Positions 39,903-52,309 of a stretch of 64,000 nucleotides of DNA are shown piece by piece; position 1 is the first letter of the stretch; every line of letters starts with the position of its first letter. A model generated the notes under the pieces. That model was given only the letters and a program-made list of their open reading frames with translations, searched no databases and was not told the DNA's origin. The translations under genes were made by a program, and so were the position numbers. Where the stretch lies: positions 744,848 to 808,847 of the forward strand of contig MU054220.1 of NCBI GenBank assembly GCA_013239625.1, read 5' to 3'. This DNA comes from Lama guanicoe. Taxonomy: Eukaryota.

Positions 39903-40258
39903 GGTGATCTGAAGGTGTTGATCAGGTGTCAGAGGCTGCAAACAAAAGGGCCAATAACGACTTGGAGAGGATTGCAAGCTTTCTGTCAAAACTGTGATGT
40001 CTTACTGCACAGTGTTTGCTCCACGAGGGCTCACACAATGAGACTTTGGAATCTCCTCCCACAAGCACTCTATCCAATATCACAAATTCCTTGCTTCAAC
40101 TACAGCGACGAGATGTCCGTATTCTAACTGGGAGTCATACCTGAGAGATGATCTACCACACAATAAGAAAGCTGCTTTCTCCAGAATCTCTCTCACAAAG
40201 ATGGCACTTTTGACTTAACATACCATTTCTACTTTTCCTGAACACATTTTGGCTTCTG

Positions 40259-40651
40259 NNNNNNNNNNNNNNNNNNNNNNNNNNNNNNNNNNNNNNNNNN
40301 NNNNNNNNNNNNNNNNNNNNNNNNNNNNNNNNNNNNNNNNNNNNNNNNNNNNNNNNNNNNNNNNNNNNNNNNNNNNNNNNNNNNNNNNNNNNNNNNNNNN
40401 NNNNNNNNNNNNNNNNNNNNNNNNNNNNNNNNNNNNNNNNNNNNNNNNNNNNNNNNNNNNNNNNNNNNNNNNNNNNNNNNNNNNNNNNNNNNNNNNNNNN
40501 NNNNNNNNNNNNNNNNNNNNNNNNNNNNNNNNNNNNNNNNNNNNNNNNNNNNNNNNNNNNNNNNNNNNNNNNNNNNNNNNNNNNNNNNNNNNNNNNNNNN
40601 NNNNNNNNNNNNNNNNNNNNNNNNNNNNNNNNNNNNNNNNNNNNNNNNNNN
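40259..40651. other. Assembly gap (N run)
   Basis: 393 N characters. Confidence 1.
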
Positions 40652-43639
40652 ATCTCATCAGAACTGAACAAAGATAATATATAAAATTCTTCCCAACCAA
40701 TAAAGTGCAATGAAAGTAATGTTTTGTTTGAAAATGCACCCCCCGACACACAAACTAAAATGACACTATTACAATGTTATTAGGGAACAAATGGACAATA
40801 TAAACCGAAATGATTGATACTATATTGACATTTTTCCCACTTTCCAAAACTGTTTAGAATCAATTGTTGCTAAGCATAGCTTAATTAAGAATGCCAAAAT
40901 AAAAGCTGAGGCAGAATTGTGCTGTAGGAGAAAGAATTCTATACCAAAATCTAGAAGTATATTATTTGATTTGGCTCAGTCATCTTGGGAAAATCACGTC
41001 CCAATTCATTCTTATTGAAAAGGTGATTACCTTCCCAGATGTGTTTCTGAATTCTTTTCATAAAACTAGATTATTTGTTCATATTGTAGGTTCTTGGTTA
41101 TCTGAGTCTGTGTGGAATTTAGGACACTCATTCTCACTTGAGGATAATCAGTCCTCTGTTGGGCCTTTCTGATATGATCCTGGCCTGGGCCAACATGTAA
41201 TGTGGATAATTTCATTTTGGCAGAAATATCTCAAATGTGCTCCATTTCAGTATCTACATTTATAGACTGCCGTTTGTGAAGGGCAGGGGGTTTTTCTATT
41301 CTTTGTGCCTCTCATGAACCAATGTGTACTCAGACATCAGCGGGGGAATAAAAGTATAGAGGAAAGAAAATAAGAGATGACAGAAAAAAGGCAGGTAGAA
41401 AATGTCAAAGACTGTCAGCTGAATAAAATATGCTTTGAAATTTGTACGTGGTTTGGTTTAGAGGCATTGAATGAGTTAGTTAGAAGTAGAGGGATTTTGA
41501 ATTTCCTGAGCTGTCAGTCTGGCGGTGGACTGGATTGTTAACTCAGCATCAGCACCAGGAGTTGCCTCTCAGAATCTTTAGACTTCCAGAGTAAAGGAAA
41601 ATGAGAAAATCAAATCCTGAACTTTCAGACTCATGAGTAGACAAAACCAGCTGCCTAAAGGAATTCCATCTTCTGAACTCTGGCATTTCATTGCATAATA
41701 CATAATTCAGTGTCCCCACTGACAATGAGGATGCTACATCCACATTTGTAATGGAAAATAAATACACTTCATAGAGTTGTCTGAGGATTCAAGAGGTAAC
41801 TTCTAATAGGAGAGTCTAACTCCTTGACCTATTGAGCACTTACAACACATACGTTTCTAACTGCTTTTCCACTGTCACCTGTTGGGTCTACTGGGACAAT
41901 AACCATATCTTATCAATAATTGTATCTCTAGAATCTATGAGTGTGCCTTATGCAGTTTAAGTGATCGATAAATATTTGGCTATTAAAATGTTCTTAGGAA
42001 CATGATTACTATTCTAAACTGTTCAAAACTATTAATTTGACTTAGAGTAAGAAAAATTTCTATACTTTATCAACATTGTACTTTATTAGGAATAAATTTA
42101 CCTGTCTCAAACATTTGTGAGATTCTTCAAATTTCTTAACATATTCAATGGAAACAAATAAAATCTTTAAAGAATGCTCAAAAATCTAAGTCTATGATAA
42201 TTATCCCACCATGATAAATAAAATAAGATAAACTAAGTAGATCTACACTGTGCCAAATTCATCAACATAAGATGGAAAACAAACCATTTCTATGGAATGC
42301 AAGACGTAAAATACTGGGGAAAACTTTCAATTAGAAAGATATTGAAAATTATAGACCCCGAAATATTGTTTCAGTCTAGATCAATTTGAAACATATGATC
42401 ACAATTCATGCCTAAACATGTTTTTATTTAACTGCCTATATAGTTATTTCCTGTGTAACCAATAGCTTTTTCTTAATGATTGAGCACTGGCTTAAAAATG
42501 ATGCAGCAAAAAATTCTAAGGTCCTAATAAACACCTAACCAGCTCATCATAATTTTTAAAAAGAAAAAAATTTTTTATATTACATTTCCCAAATCAATTT
42601 CTTCATAATAAAGGAAAAATGCTATTTCTAAACGCTGAATTTGGCTGAAGAGATTTTGGGGACAAATGGAGAATAACAATTATCAGACACAGTGCTCTGC
42701 CTGTCTCATGCATAGTCTTTGTCGGTTTGGTTTGGTATGGCTTTACAATTTTGCAAGGGTGGCCCTGGATGACTGCAGTGTGCTTTATTAAAACTTGGGC
42801 TCTAAATTATGATTTGGAATTTGAACCTCAGAATCCATACACACTAACTGTGTGACCTGGATAAAGTGCTCAACATCATCTGTATAATGAGACTTCAAAA
42901 AGCATCTAAGAGAATGATTTGAAGGGTTCAATAAAATAATGCAAACAAAACTCTCCAAAAATTATCAGACAAATAATAAATGTTTAGTAAATTAAAAGAT
43001 GACTTACTACTCTTTGTTTCCCCATGTGACTTCAGTGTCCCGTCTCTACAATTAGTTTTATGTAAATTTTCCCCATAATCCACTCTTTTGTCTACTTATC
43101 CAGAGGATTATTCCCTGAGCGATGGATGGATTGACTGTGTCATTACCATGTGCAATTCTGGAAACGGTCCTCTTTTCATCATTTACATTAGTGTGTGAAA
43201 ATTCCCTTTTCTGCCTTTCTCCCAATTGCACTCTCTTCTTTGAAATGTATCATTAAAACTAAACTTAGTCTGAGGGATCTTCTTTCCATAAATTAAGAGG
43301 TCAGCGGAGTGCATAATGTGACATGTTCTGTTTCATTTACAACCTTTTTAAGTCCCTAAGTGTGAGAAAATATCCATGTCATATGCCCACAGACACAAAT
43401 AGATATCGGCATTTTATTTGAGTCTGTAAATCTCATATCTAACAAAATTCATGAATTGTTTCCACAGATACTAAAATTCACTTTCCAATAAAGCATAAGT
43501 ATAGGTCAGTGAATCTAAAAAGTAACTAAATGTCTCTGAACTCAAGTTTTCACATTGTAAGTTTTGAGTTTCCCTTTGTAATGAGGCTATTAGTCTACAT
43601 ATGTAAAAATGTTATTGAGAGTTTATACACAAAAGAATA

Positions 43640-44115
43640 GGAAGTAGAGACTCTAACAGATATTTTTAGAACCATGTTCACAGCAGAATTATTCACGATA
43701 GCCAAAAGGCGGAAACAACCCAAATGCCCAACAACTAATGAACGTATAAACAAGTTGTGGTAGATACAGACTGTGGAATATTAGTCAGCCTTAAACAGGA
43801 AGGAAATTCTGAGATATGCTACAACATGGATGAACCTTGAAGAGACTATGAGAAGTGCAGTAAGCCAGACACAAAAGACAGATATTTTATGATCTCCCTT
43901 TTCTGAGGTACCTAGAAGAGTCATGTTCTAAGAGACAGAAAGTACAACAGTGGTTACCGGGGACTGGTGGGATGAGGAGATGGGCAGTTACTGTTTAATG
44001 GGTACAGAGTTTCAGTTTTAGATGATGGTAAAGTTCTGGAGATGGAGAGAGGTGATGGGTACACAATAATGTGCTATATATAGTTTGCCACATTAAAAAT
44101 TATCAATAAATAAAA
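43640..44115 (+). mobile_element. L1MB-like 3' end fragment
   Basis: CCATGTTCACAGCAGAATTATTCACGATAGCCAAAAGG, ACAACATGGATGAACCTTGAA, GTTTAATGGGTACAGAGTTTCAGTTT. Confidence 0.8.
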
Positions 44116-44995
44116 TCTCTACAGAGAACCAGAACATTTAAAGATACCACACACAAGGTAACAATTTATAAAGAGCTATATTGTTTCCATTATTTCAAAT
44201 ATATTAAAATATAAAATAGTTGTTGAAGTCTCTAAACTGTATAATGAAATCTAAAAAAAAAGTTATTGTGAAGACTATATAAATGGCAGATTATGTTGTA
44301 GTTTGCTTTGTGCTTTCTGAAATGCATAGCTCGAGTCACTTATTAATCGCAAAGACATAAGCTTGCTTGAACAAGAATCCTTTATTTTCAGTTACTCAGT
44401 GAAAGCCTCAAATCCAAGGTGGTCCTGGAGTGAATTGAAAAGAATGTCTCTGTGTATGGCAGACGTACTTGGTGAGATTATCCCTAAGTGATTTACTAAT
44501 GTTTCAATTTAACTCAGATAACATCCACATACAAAATTCCAGCTCAGATCTTTTGTCCAAGAGAAAAGAATCTCTCTTAAACAGAAATGCAAAAATAGAT
44601 AAGGACTCATAATTTGAAAGAGACAATTATAAATTAATATAAGAAGGAAAACATAGAAACTAAATCCAGAGGTCTTTCACATAGCTATGGCAGGTCCTTA
44701 AATCTGAATCTCTGTACACAGTCTAATACAACATACAATACAATAGGACAGGCACATAAGATCGCACATAACTCACACATGCAGCATAACCAAGATGCTG
44801 AGAATACAGAAGATTCAAAATAACCCTAAAGAAACAAGATTTAAATTCCATCAGAGAGATCTCTGGAGCTTATGATCCAAGCCTGAGAGGAGAGTGAAGG
44901 AAACTGAAAAAAACTATAGAGAAAAGAGGGAAGTAACAATTCCAAGGAAGATAGAGTACAGCCATAATCACATGAAAAAGAGCAAATCACACTAA

Positions 44996-46888
44996 TTTTA
45001 TTTTATTTCATTTTTATTTTATTTTATTTTTATTGAAGTATAGTCAGTTTATAATACTGTGTAAACTTCTGGTGTACAGCCTAATGTCTCAGTCATACAT
45101 ATACATACACATAGATGTTTTCACATTTTTCTCATTCTCGGTTACTATAAGATATTGAGTATAGTTCCCTGTACTATACAGAAGAAGCGTGTTGTTTATC
45201 TATTCTATAGTCAGTAGTTAGTTTCTGCCAACCCTCAATTTATTCCTTCCCATCCTCATTTACCCTTTGTAACCACTAGTTTGTTTTCTATGTCTGAGAT
45301 TCTATATCTCTTTTGTAAATAAGTTCATTTGTGTCTTTTTTTTTTAAGATGACACATATGAGTGATATGCTATTTTTCTTTCTCTTTCAGGCTTACTTCA
45401 CGTAGAATGACAGTCACCAGTTCCATCCATGTTGCTGCAAAATGGCATTATTTTACTTTTTTTTTAATCACTGAGTACTATTCCATTGTACAAATGCACC
45501 AGAATTTCTTTATCCAGTTTTCTGTTGACAGACATTTAGACTGTTTCTGTTCTTGGCTATTGTAAATACTGTTGCTATGAATATTGGGGTGCATGTATCT
45601 TTTTCAATTAGAGTTCCCTCTGGATCTATGCTCAGGAGTGGGACTGACAGATCATATGGCTGGTTTTTATTCTTTTTTGAGCAGTCTCCATACTGTTTTT
45701 CATAATGGCTGCTCCAAACTACACTCCCAACAACAGTGTAGGAGGGTTCCCTTTTCCCCACACCCTCTCCAGCGTTTATTGTTTGTGGACTCTTTAATGA
45801 TGACCATTCTGACTGATGTGAGGTGATAACTCATTGTTGTTTTGTTTTGCATTTCTCTGATAATTAGCGATATTTAGCACTTTTTATATGCCTATTGGCC
45901 ATTTATGTGTCTTCATTGGAGAATTGCTTGTTTAGATCTTCTGCCCATTGTAGGATAGGCTTGTTTGTTTGTTTGTTTTTTGTCATTAAGTCATATTAAC
46001 TGTATATATATCCTGGAAATTAAACCTTTGTCAGTTGCATCATTGTAAATGTTTTCTCCCATTCCATAGGTTGTTATTTTGTTTTGCTTATGGTTTCCCT
46101 TGCTCTGAAAGATTTTGAGTTTAATTAATTAGTTCCCATTTGTTTATTTTTGCTGGTCCTGGACTTTTATTTGCAGGGAGATTTCTTTTATTGCTGATTC
46201 TATTTCACTTTTAGTGATCAGTCTGTTCAAATGATCTATTTCTTCTTGATTCAGTTTTGGTGGACTGTATGTTTCTAGAAACTTGTCCATTTCTTCTAGG
46301 TTTTCCAACTTGTTTCCGTATAGTTTTTCATAGTATTCTCTTATTTTTTTTTATTTTTTTGTATTTCTGTGGTGTTGCTTGTGATTTTCCATTTTCATTT
46401 CTTATTTTGTTTATTTGCACCCTCTCTCTTTTCTTCTTGGTGAGACTGGCAAGAGGTTTGTTTATTTTGTTTGCTTTTTCAAAAAAAACAATTCTTGATT
46501 TGATTGATTTTTTCTTTTTTTAATCTCTATTTTATTTATTTCCTCCCTGATTTTTATTATTTCTTTCCTTCTGCTGACTTTAGGTTTTGTTTGTTCTTCT
46601 TTCTTTATTCTTTTAGGTAGTGGGTTAGGTTGTTCTTTTGAGATTGTTCCTGTTTTTTGAGAAAGGCTGTAGCTCTATGAACTTCCTTCTTAGGAGTGCT
46701 TTTGTTGCATCCCATAGATTTAGTGTGATTGTTTTCCTTGTCATTTGTCCTAAATTTATTATTTTTAAATTTATTCTTTGATTTCATCATTGACTCATTG
46801 GTTTTTTAGTAGCATGTTGTTTAGTCTCTATGCAGTCATTTTTTTCTCATTTTTCTTTCTGTGGTTGATTTCTAATTTAATGCCATTG
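44996..46888 (-). mobile_element. Lineage-specific L1 with an internal deletion spanning the RT domain
   Basis: A T-rich tail and TATTGAAGTATAGTCAG 3' end, then ORF2 C-terminal sequence to 46154, joined directly to ORF2 N-terminal sequence running to ~46888. Confidence 0.85.
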
Positions 46889-46904
46889 AAGTCCTCATAA
46901 AAAG

Positions 46905-47730
46905 GAAATGTTGAAGATGTAGAAAATTTAGAATGCTTGTACACTGTTAACAGGACTATGAATTGATGCTATTATTATGGAAAATAATACAGACATCCCT
47001 AACACAAATTAAAAAAAGAACTACCATATGATCCATCAATCCCCCTTCTGGGCATCTGTAGAAAGAAAATGATATCAATGTCTTGAAGAAATACTTACAC
47101 TCCTGCATAAATTGAAGCATTTTTCACAATAGCCAAGTTATGAAAACAACCTAAGTGTCTTTCAACAATTGAATGGACAAAGAATTGGGATATATATACA
47201 AATGAAATATTTTTCAGTCACAAAAAGAAATGAATTCTGCCTTTGGAAATATGGATGAACATGGAGGACATTAAGTGAAATAAACCAGATACAGAAAGAC
47301 AAAAATTGTATTACCTCACTTACTTGTACAATCTAAAATAGTCAAGCTCATGGAAGCAGTTAGTAAATAGAATGTGGATTACCAGGGGCTGGAGGGTGGG
47401 ATAAATGAGGATAAATTTCTCGAAACATACCAACTTCCAGTTATAAGATAAATAAGTTCTGGGGAATCTAATATACAGCAAGGTGGTTACAGTTAATAAT
47501 ATAGTATTGCATACTTGAAATCTACTAAGAGAGTAGATTTTAAGGGGGGTCTTACCAAAAGAAAAACTAACCCAAATATCAAAAAATTAATTATGTGAGG
47601 TGATGGATGTGTTATTTAGGTTGATTGTGATTATTTTTTCATGAGCTATATGTATATCAAATCATCACACTGTACATCTTAAATATAAACATTTTATTTT
47701 GTCACCTATACATCAATAAAGCTGGGAGAA
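46905..47730 (+). mobile_element. Older L1 (L1MA/MB-like) 3' end
   Basis: GAACTACCATATGATCCATCAATCCC, CTACTAAGAGAGTAGATTTTAAG, TGTGAGGTGATGGATGTGTTA, CATCAATAAAGCTGGG. Confidence 0.8.
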
Positions 47731-47739
47731 AGAAAGTAT

Positions 47740-49450
47740 ACATACTATATGATTCAGTTTATATGGCCATCTGGAAAAGACAAAGCTATAGGAATAGAAA
47801 TGGATCAGTGTTTGCCAGGACCTGGAGGTGAAGGGAGAATATGGTTACAAAGGGAAATGAGGAAATATTTTTCGTGATGAAATTCCTCATAATGATTGTG
47901 ATAGTGGTTACACAAACATCTGCATTTTGTCAAAACTTATAAAACAGACTAAAAAGGAAGAATGCTGTACTATAAAGATTAAATATTACATAAAAATGGA
48001 AAGCAAAAATACTTCCTACATTGAAACAGACAGTTGTAAAGTATAAGACAAGATTCTATTTATAATAGCAGCAAAAAAAAATCAAAATGACTAAAATTAC
48101 AAAGAAACATACTAGATATATATGAACATAAAAGAAGACTTGTTAAGTGGAAAGCCCTACCTAGTTTGTGAATAAAAATTCTCAATTCTCTAAAGATATA
48201 AACTCTTTCTAAATAAAAACTTATTACAAATACCAACTAAATTTATATTTCACCAGACTAACTTATTTTGAAATATAATTATGCAAGAATAGACATAGTT
48301 CTGATAAGTAATTGTAATGAAGAAGTCCTTGGCTTATGAGGTATCAAAGTATACTTTAAATCAAACACAATTGCATCTTGTGTTGAATGACACATGAATA
48401 TAGAGATCAATGGAAGATAATAGAGATCTGAATTGGATCCAATCACATGCCATTTTTAGAATGAATAGTTGGAATATCAAAATTATGGGGAAAGTATGCA
48501 TCTATAAAAATGGCCATTTTGAAAAATAATTGAAATATGATCCCTAATGAACTCCTTACATGAAGATAGTGTGTAGATTGCATAAAAATTTAAACATAAA
48601 ATATGAAACAACAAAAAGAGCTAAAAAATCAAATGTTGGAAAATGTGGAAAAATAATTTGGTAACATTGAAATAGGAAAATTCTAAGTAAGCTATAAAAT
48701 GCAAAGGAAATGTTGATAGATTTAATTACATAAAGGTAAAAACATTTCTATATGGACCAAAATATTCTGCACAGTACAAAAACCTCTGAACCAAATCACA
48801 AGCTGGACAAGTAATAATTTCATATACAAGGAAATGGGATAATTTCTTTTGCATGTGATTAAATCACAAAATCAGAATGAAAAGTAGCAGCAATCAAAAA
48901 AATGTAAAATTAATTAATATGCAATTCATGAGAAAGTAATACAAATCACTTTAAACATGGGAATGGATGTCCAAATTCAATTATAATTATTTATCATTAA
49001 AGTATACAAGTGAAACAATATTTCTTCATTTAGGTTTCCAAATGCCACAAATGTTTACCAAACATTGGCTGTTTGATAATGCCACAAAACAGGTATTTTC
49101 CAGAAATAAGAAATGGTGAGTTTGGTATAAGCTTATGCATGGCATTTTGGCCATCAACATTATAAATCATATAACAACTGACTCAACAATTTTACCTTTC
49201 TATCAACATTATAACTACATATACCAATTGACTCAACAATTTCACCTCTAGGAGCTCATACTTACAAAATTTCAAAAATATTTCATTGCAGAACTATTTA
49301 ACATCAAAAAAGACTGGGAAAAAACATGGAAAAGAACAGATATATCGACTTTTGTGTATCCTTTATAAAATAAAGAATTTTGAAGAAACAGAATGATTTA
49401 AGTCTATATGAACTGGTATGTAAAGACTTTCAGAAGGCAGAGTTGTAAAT
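47740..49450 (+). mobile_element. Highly decayed ancient L1 (L1ME-like) fragments
   Basis: A-rich degenerate ORF2 and 3' motifs such as TATATGGCCATCTGGAAAAGACAAAGCTATAG and GACTCAACAATTTCACCTCTAGG. Confidence 0.5.
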
Positions 49451-50027
49451 GCAAAATTTGTACAATTGGAACATAAACATACACATACATGGAAAAGTAC
49501 AAGAATAATTACTTGAAGAACCTTAAAAATAGAATATAGTGAGTATATCTGAAAAGACTAGGAGACACTGGCATGGGATGGGTAGGAGGTTTATTCTACA
49601 ATGGATTATTTTGCATAAATTTTATTTCTAATACTTATTATTCTGCATCATACTTATGAACTTATTTTAAATATTAAAATATTACACTAAAAATACATAA
49701 GGAAAATTAAATTGAATAAATAAGATACTCTATACAACATTAAATACTTTGACTAGTACAAAAAAAAGATTTAAAAAAAATCAGACTGAAAATAAAAATA
49801 AGAATGAGAAACTACTAAAAGAAAATGCAGAAATTAAGTAAAAATTACTGTAACTCAATTAAAATTTTATTGACTAATAAATTATGTATTACTTATTGAT
49901 TCCCTACTAGAAATGCATTCCAACATTTCAGGCAAAGTGACAAACCAGACATCATATAGTTTATATTCTAGCAAGGAATTTTTATTAATAACACAAAAAT
50001 ATGGTTCATTTTTTATTATAATTACCA

Positions 50028-51056
50028 TTAATCCTTCAGAGAGAAAGTTTGATGCAGATTTATGAAGACTTTTACATTCTGGGAGATTGGTGCTAATGCT
50101 AAATTACTTTCTTTATGATGAATAAAGCACTTATTTAATAATCTGCCTTTTTTTCCCCAGAGTTTCTTCATAGCATTAGTCATCTTGGAATTTCTTAGAC
50201 TGTAGATTAGTGGGTTCAGCATGGGGCTTATGACTGTATAAAACACACTCAATGATTTGTCAAAGGGGAAGGTCTTAGCAGGTCTTGCATACATGAAGAT
50301 ACAGGGAACAAAGAAGCAGACCACCACAGTGATGTGGGAACCACAGGTCTGGAGGGCTTTCCGCCTCCCTTCCTGACTAACATTCTTTAAAGAGTGCAAG
50401 ATGACTCCATACGAGATGAGTAAGAGTAGAAAAACAGTAGCAGAGCTCAGTCCTCCATTGGCCACCACTAAGATGCCAATGACATAGGTGTCAGTGCAGA
50501 TGAGTTTCAATAAGGGGTACATATCACACATAAAGTGATCAATGACATTGGGGCCACAGAATGGGAGCCCATAAACAGTGCTAACTTGAATAACTGAGTG
50601 CAGAAAACCTCCAACCCAGGACACCACCAGCAGCACAACACACACCCTTTGCCTCATGATAACCAAATAATGCAAGGGCTTACAGATGGCCACGTAGCGG
50701 TCATAGGCCATCACCAACAGAAGGAAGACCTCTGACCCACCAAAAAGGTGCTCAGTAAAGAGCTGGGCCAGACAAAACTGGAAGGATATAGTATTTTCCC
50801 CAAAGAACAAGTCTGAAATCAATCTGGGGGAAATAGAAGAGGAATAAATTAGATCTATAAATGATAAGCTGGCAAGAAAAAAGTACATTGGCGAGTTGAG
50901 GGTCTTACTGACAGTTATAGTCACAACAATGAGCAGATTGCCCACAAAGGTCAAAATGTAGAAGAGCAAGAACATAACAAAAAGGACCTTCTGCTCCTTT
51001 GGATTCTGTGTGAGGCCCAGGAGAACAAAGTAAGTTACATTGTTCCTTGGTTCCAT
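50028..51056 (-). CDS. OR4A47: Olfactory receptor 4A47-like copy A, 342 aa (C-terminally extended by a frameshift before the ancestral stop)
   Basis: [30 protein letters not shown] and [16 protein letters not shown] match recalled human OR4A47. All TM motifs are intact. Confidence 0.85.
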   Translation of the reverse strand: MEPRNNVTYFVLLGLTQNPKEQKVLFVMFLLFYILTFVGNLLIVVTITVSKTLNSPMYFFLASLSFIDLIYSSSISPRLISDLFFGENTISFQFCLAQLFTEHLFGGSEVFLLLVMAYDRYVAICKPLHYLVIMRQRVCVVLLVVSWVGGFLHSVIQVSTVYGLPFCGPNVIDHFMCDMYPLLKLICTDTYVIGILVVANGGLSSATVFLLLLISYGVILHSLKNVSQEGRRKALQTCGSHITVVVCFFVPCIFMYARPAKTFPFDKSLSVFYTVISPMLNPLIYSLRNSKMTNAMKKLWGKKGRLLNKCFIHHKESNLALAPISQNVKVFINLHQTFSLKD

Positions 51057-52309
51057 CTAGTCTGCACAGGAAATGACTTCACCTATTAGTAAGAGTAAAA
51101 CAATTAAACAATTCAAGTAAAACAATGTGTTTGAAATATCTATTTGTGTCTAGCATGTCAGAGACTTTGTGAGTGCTAGTACCAAGTTGGATAAGGCATA
51201 GTTCCTTACCCTCAGTGGTATGATGCATAATGAGGGATCAAACAATTCCAGATTCATAATAAGTGTCATTACAAGAAATTTACACAAAGCTAAGAGTCAC
51301 ACTATAGGAATACATCTATCAAACTAGAATAAGAGAAGGCATTCTATAAGAAGCAATGGTTTAGCTGAGCTTTAAAGGAAAAGTAAAAGAACAAGAAAAA
51401 TGGAAGGGGAATTCTAAAAAAAAAAAGTACACCATTTATAAATTCACAAATCTATAATACTTCAACTAATTTGCATATTCAGTGTGAGTAGATCAAGCTA
51501 TGAATAGAAGTTTACTGCCCTGGATTGTCTCAGAACAAACTGAGACTTTGTTCTTAGGGTCTTTAGTTGGATATTCCTCCTTTTCCAGACCAATAAATAA
51601 TGAAGTAGTCAAACTTCATGTCTCCAGACCATATCTATACCCTTATTTTCAAAAGTGTGTATGCAGTGTCTCCAATTTTGGATTTCTCCAGTTGGATATC
51701 AATTTAGCATATATAAAACAAAATTTAAATTTTTTCTCAATAAAAAAAGTGTTTCCTATCTTATTAAAGGGTATCAGTTTCAACATAATTGCTCAGATAA
51801 AAAAAACCTTACAGTGTTTTTCACTCCCTTATTGATCTCATATTACTTATTCATACTTTTAGCAAATCTTGTTGTCACTACTCTGAATATCAAACATTTC
51901 ATCTTTCCCTTACCCCTGCTTCCTTCCTGACTCACTGCAGTAGCCTCCTGCCAGGTCGCTCCACTTTTATTCTGGCCACCAACAATTTGTTCTCCTGAAG
52001 CAGCCTGAAAGATTCTCTTTAAATCTTGCTCTGATCATATCACTCAAATACTGAACACTCCCACAGTGAATTCTAATCATGCAACTCATGTATTATATTT
52101 AATATGTACAGTAGCAAGAATGGTAATCTCCATTTTTATTTGAAATAACTGAGACTCAGAGCATCTCATTAATTTTCCCAAAGTCACACATATATTTAAG
52201 CGATAAAACTAGAATTGGCACCCAAGTTTGAATTATTTCAAAATGATTTAGTTCTTTATATAATAAAGTCACACAATCCTGAAGCCTGGTTTTCGTTATT
52301 TGCTGTTAT

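Noticed and set aside
40153..40751. Long ORFs of 142-198 aa
   Set aside because: They consist of X residues from the N-gap.
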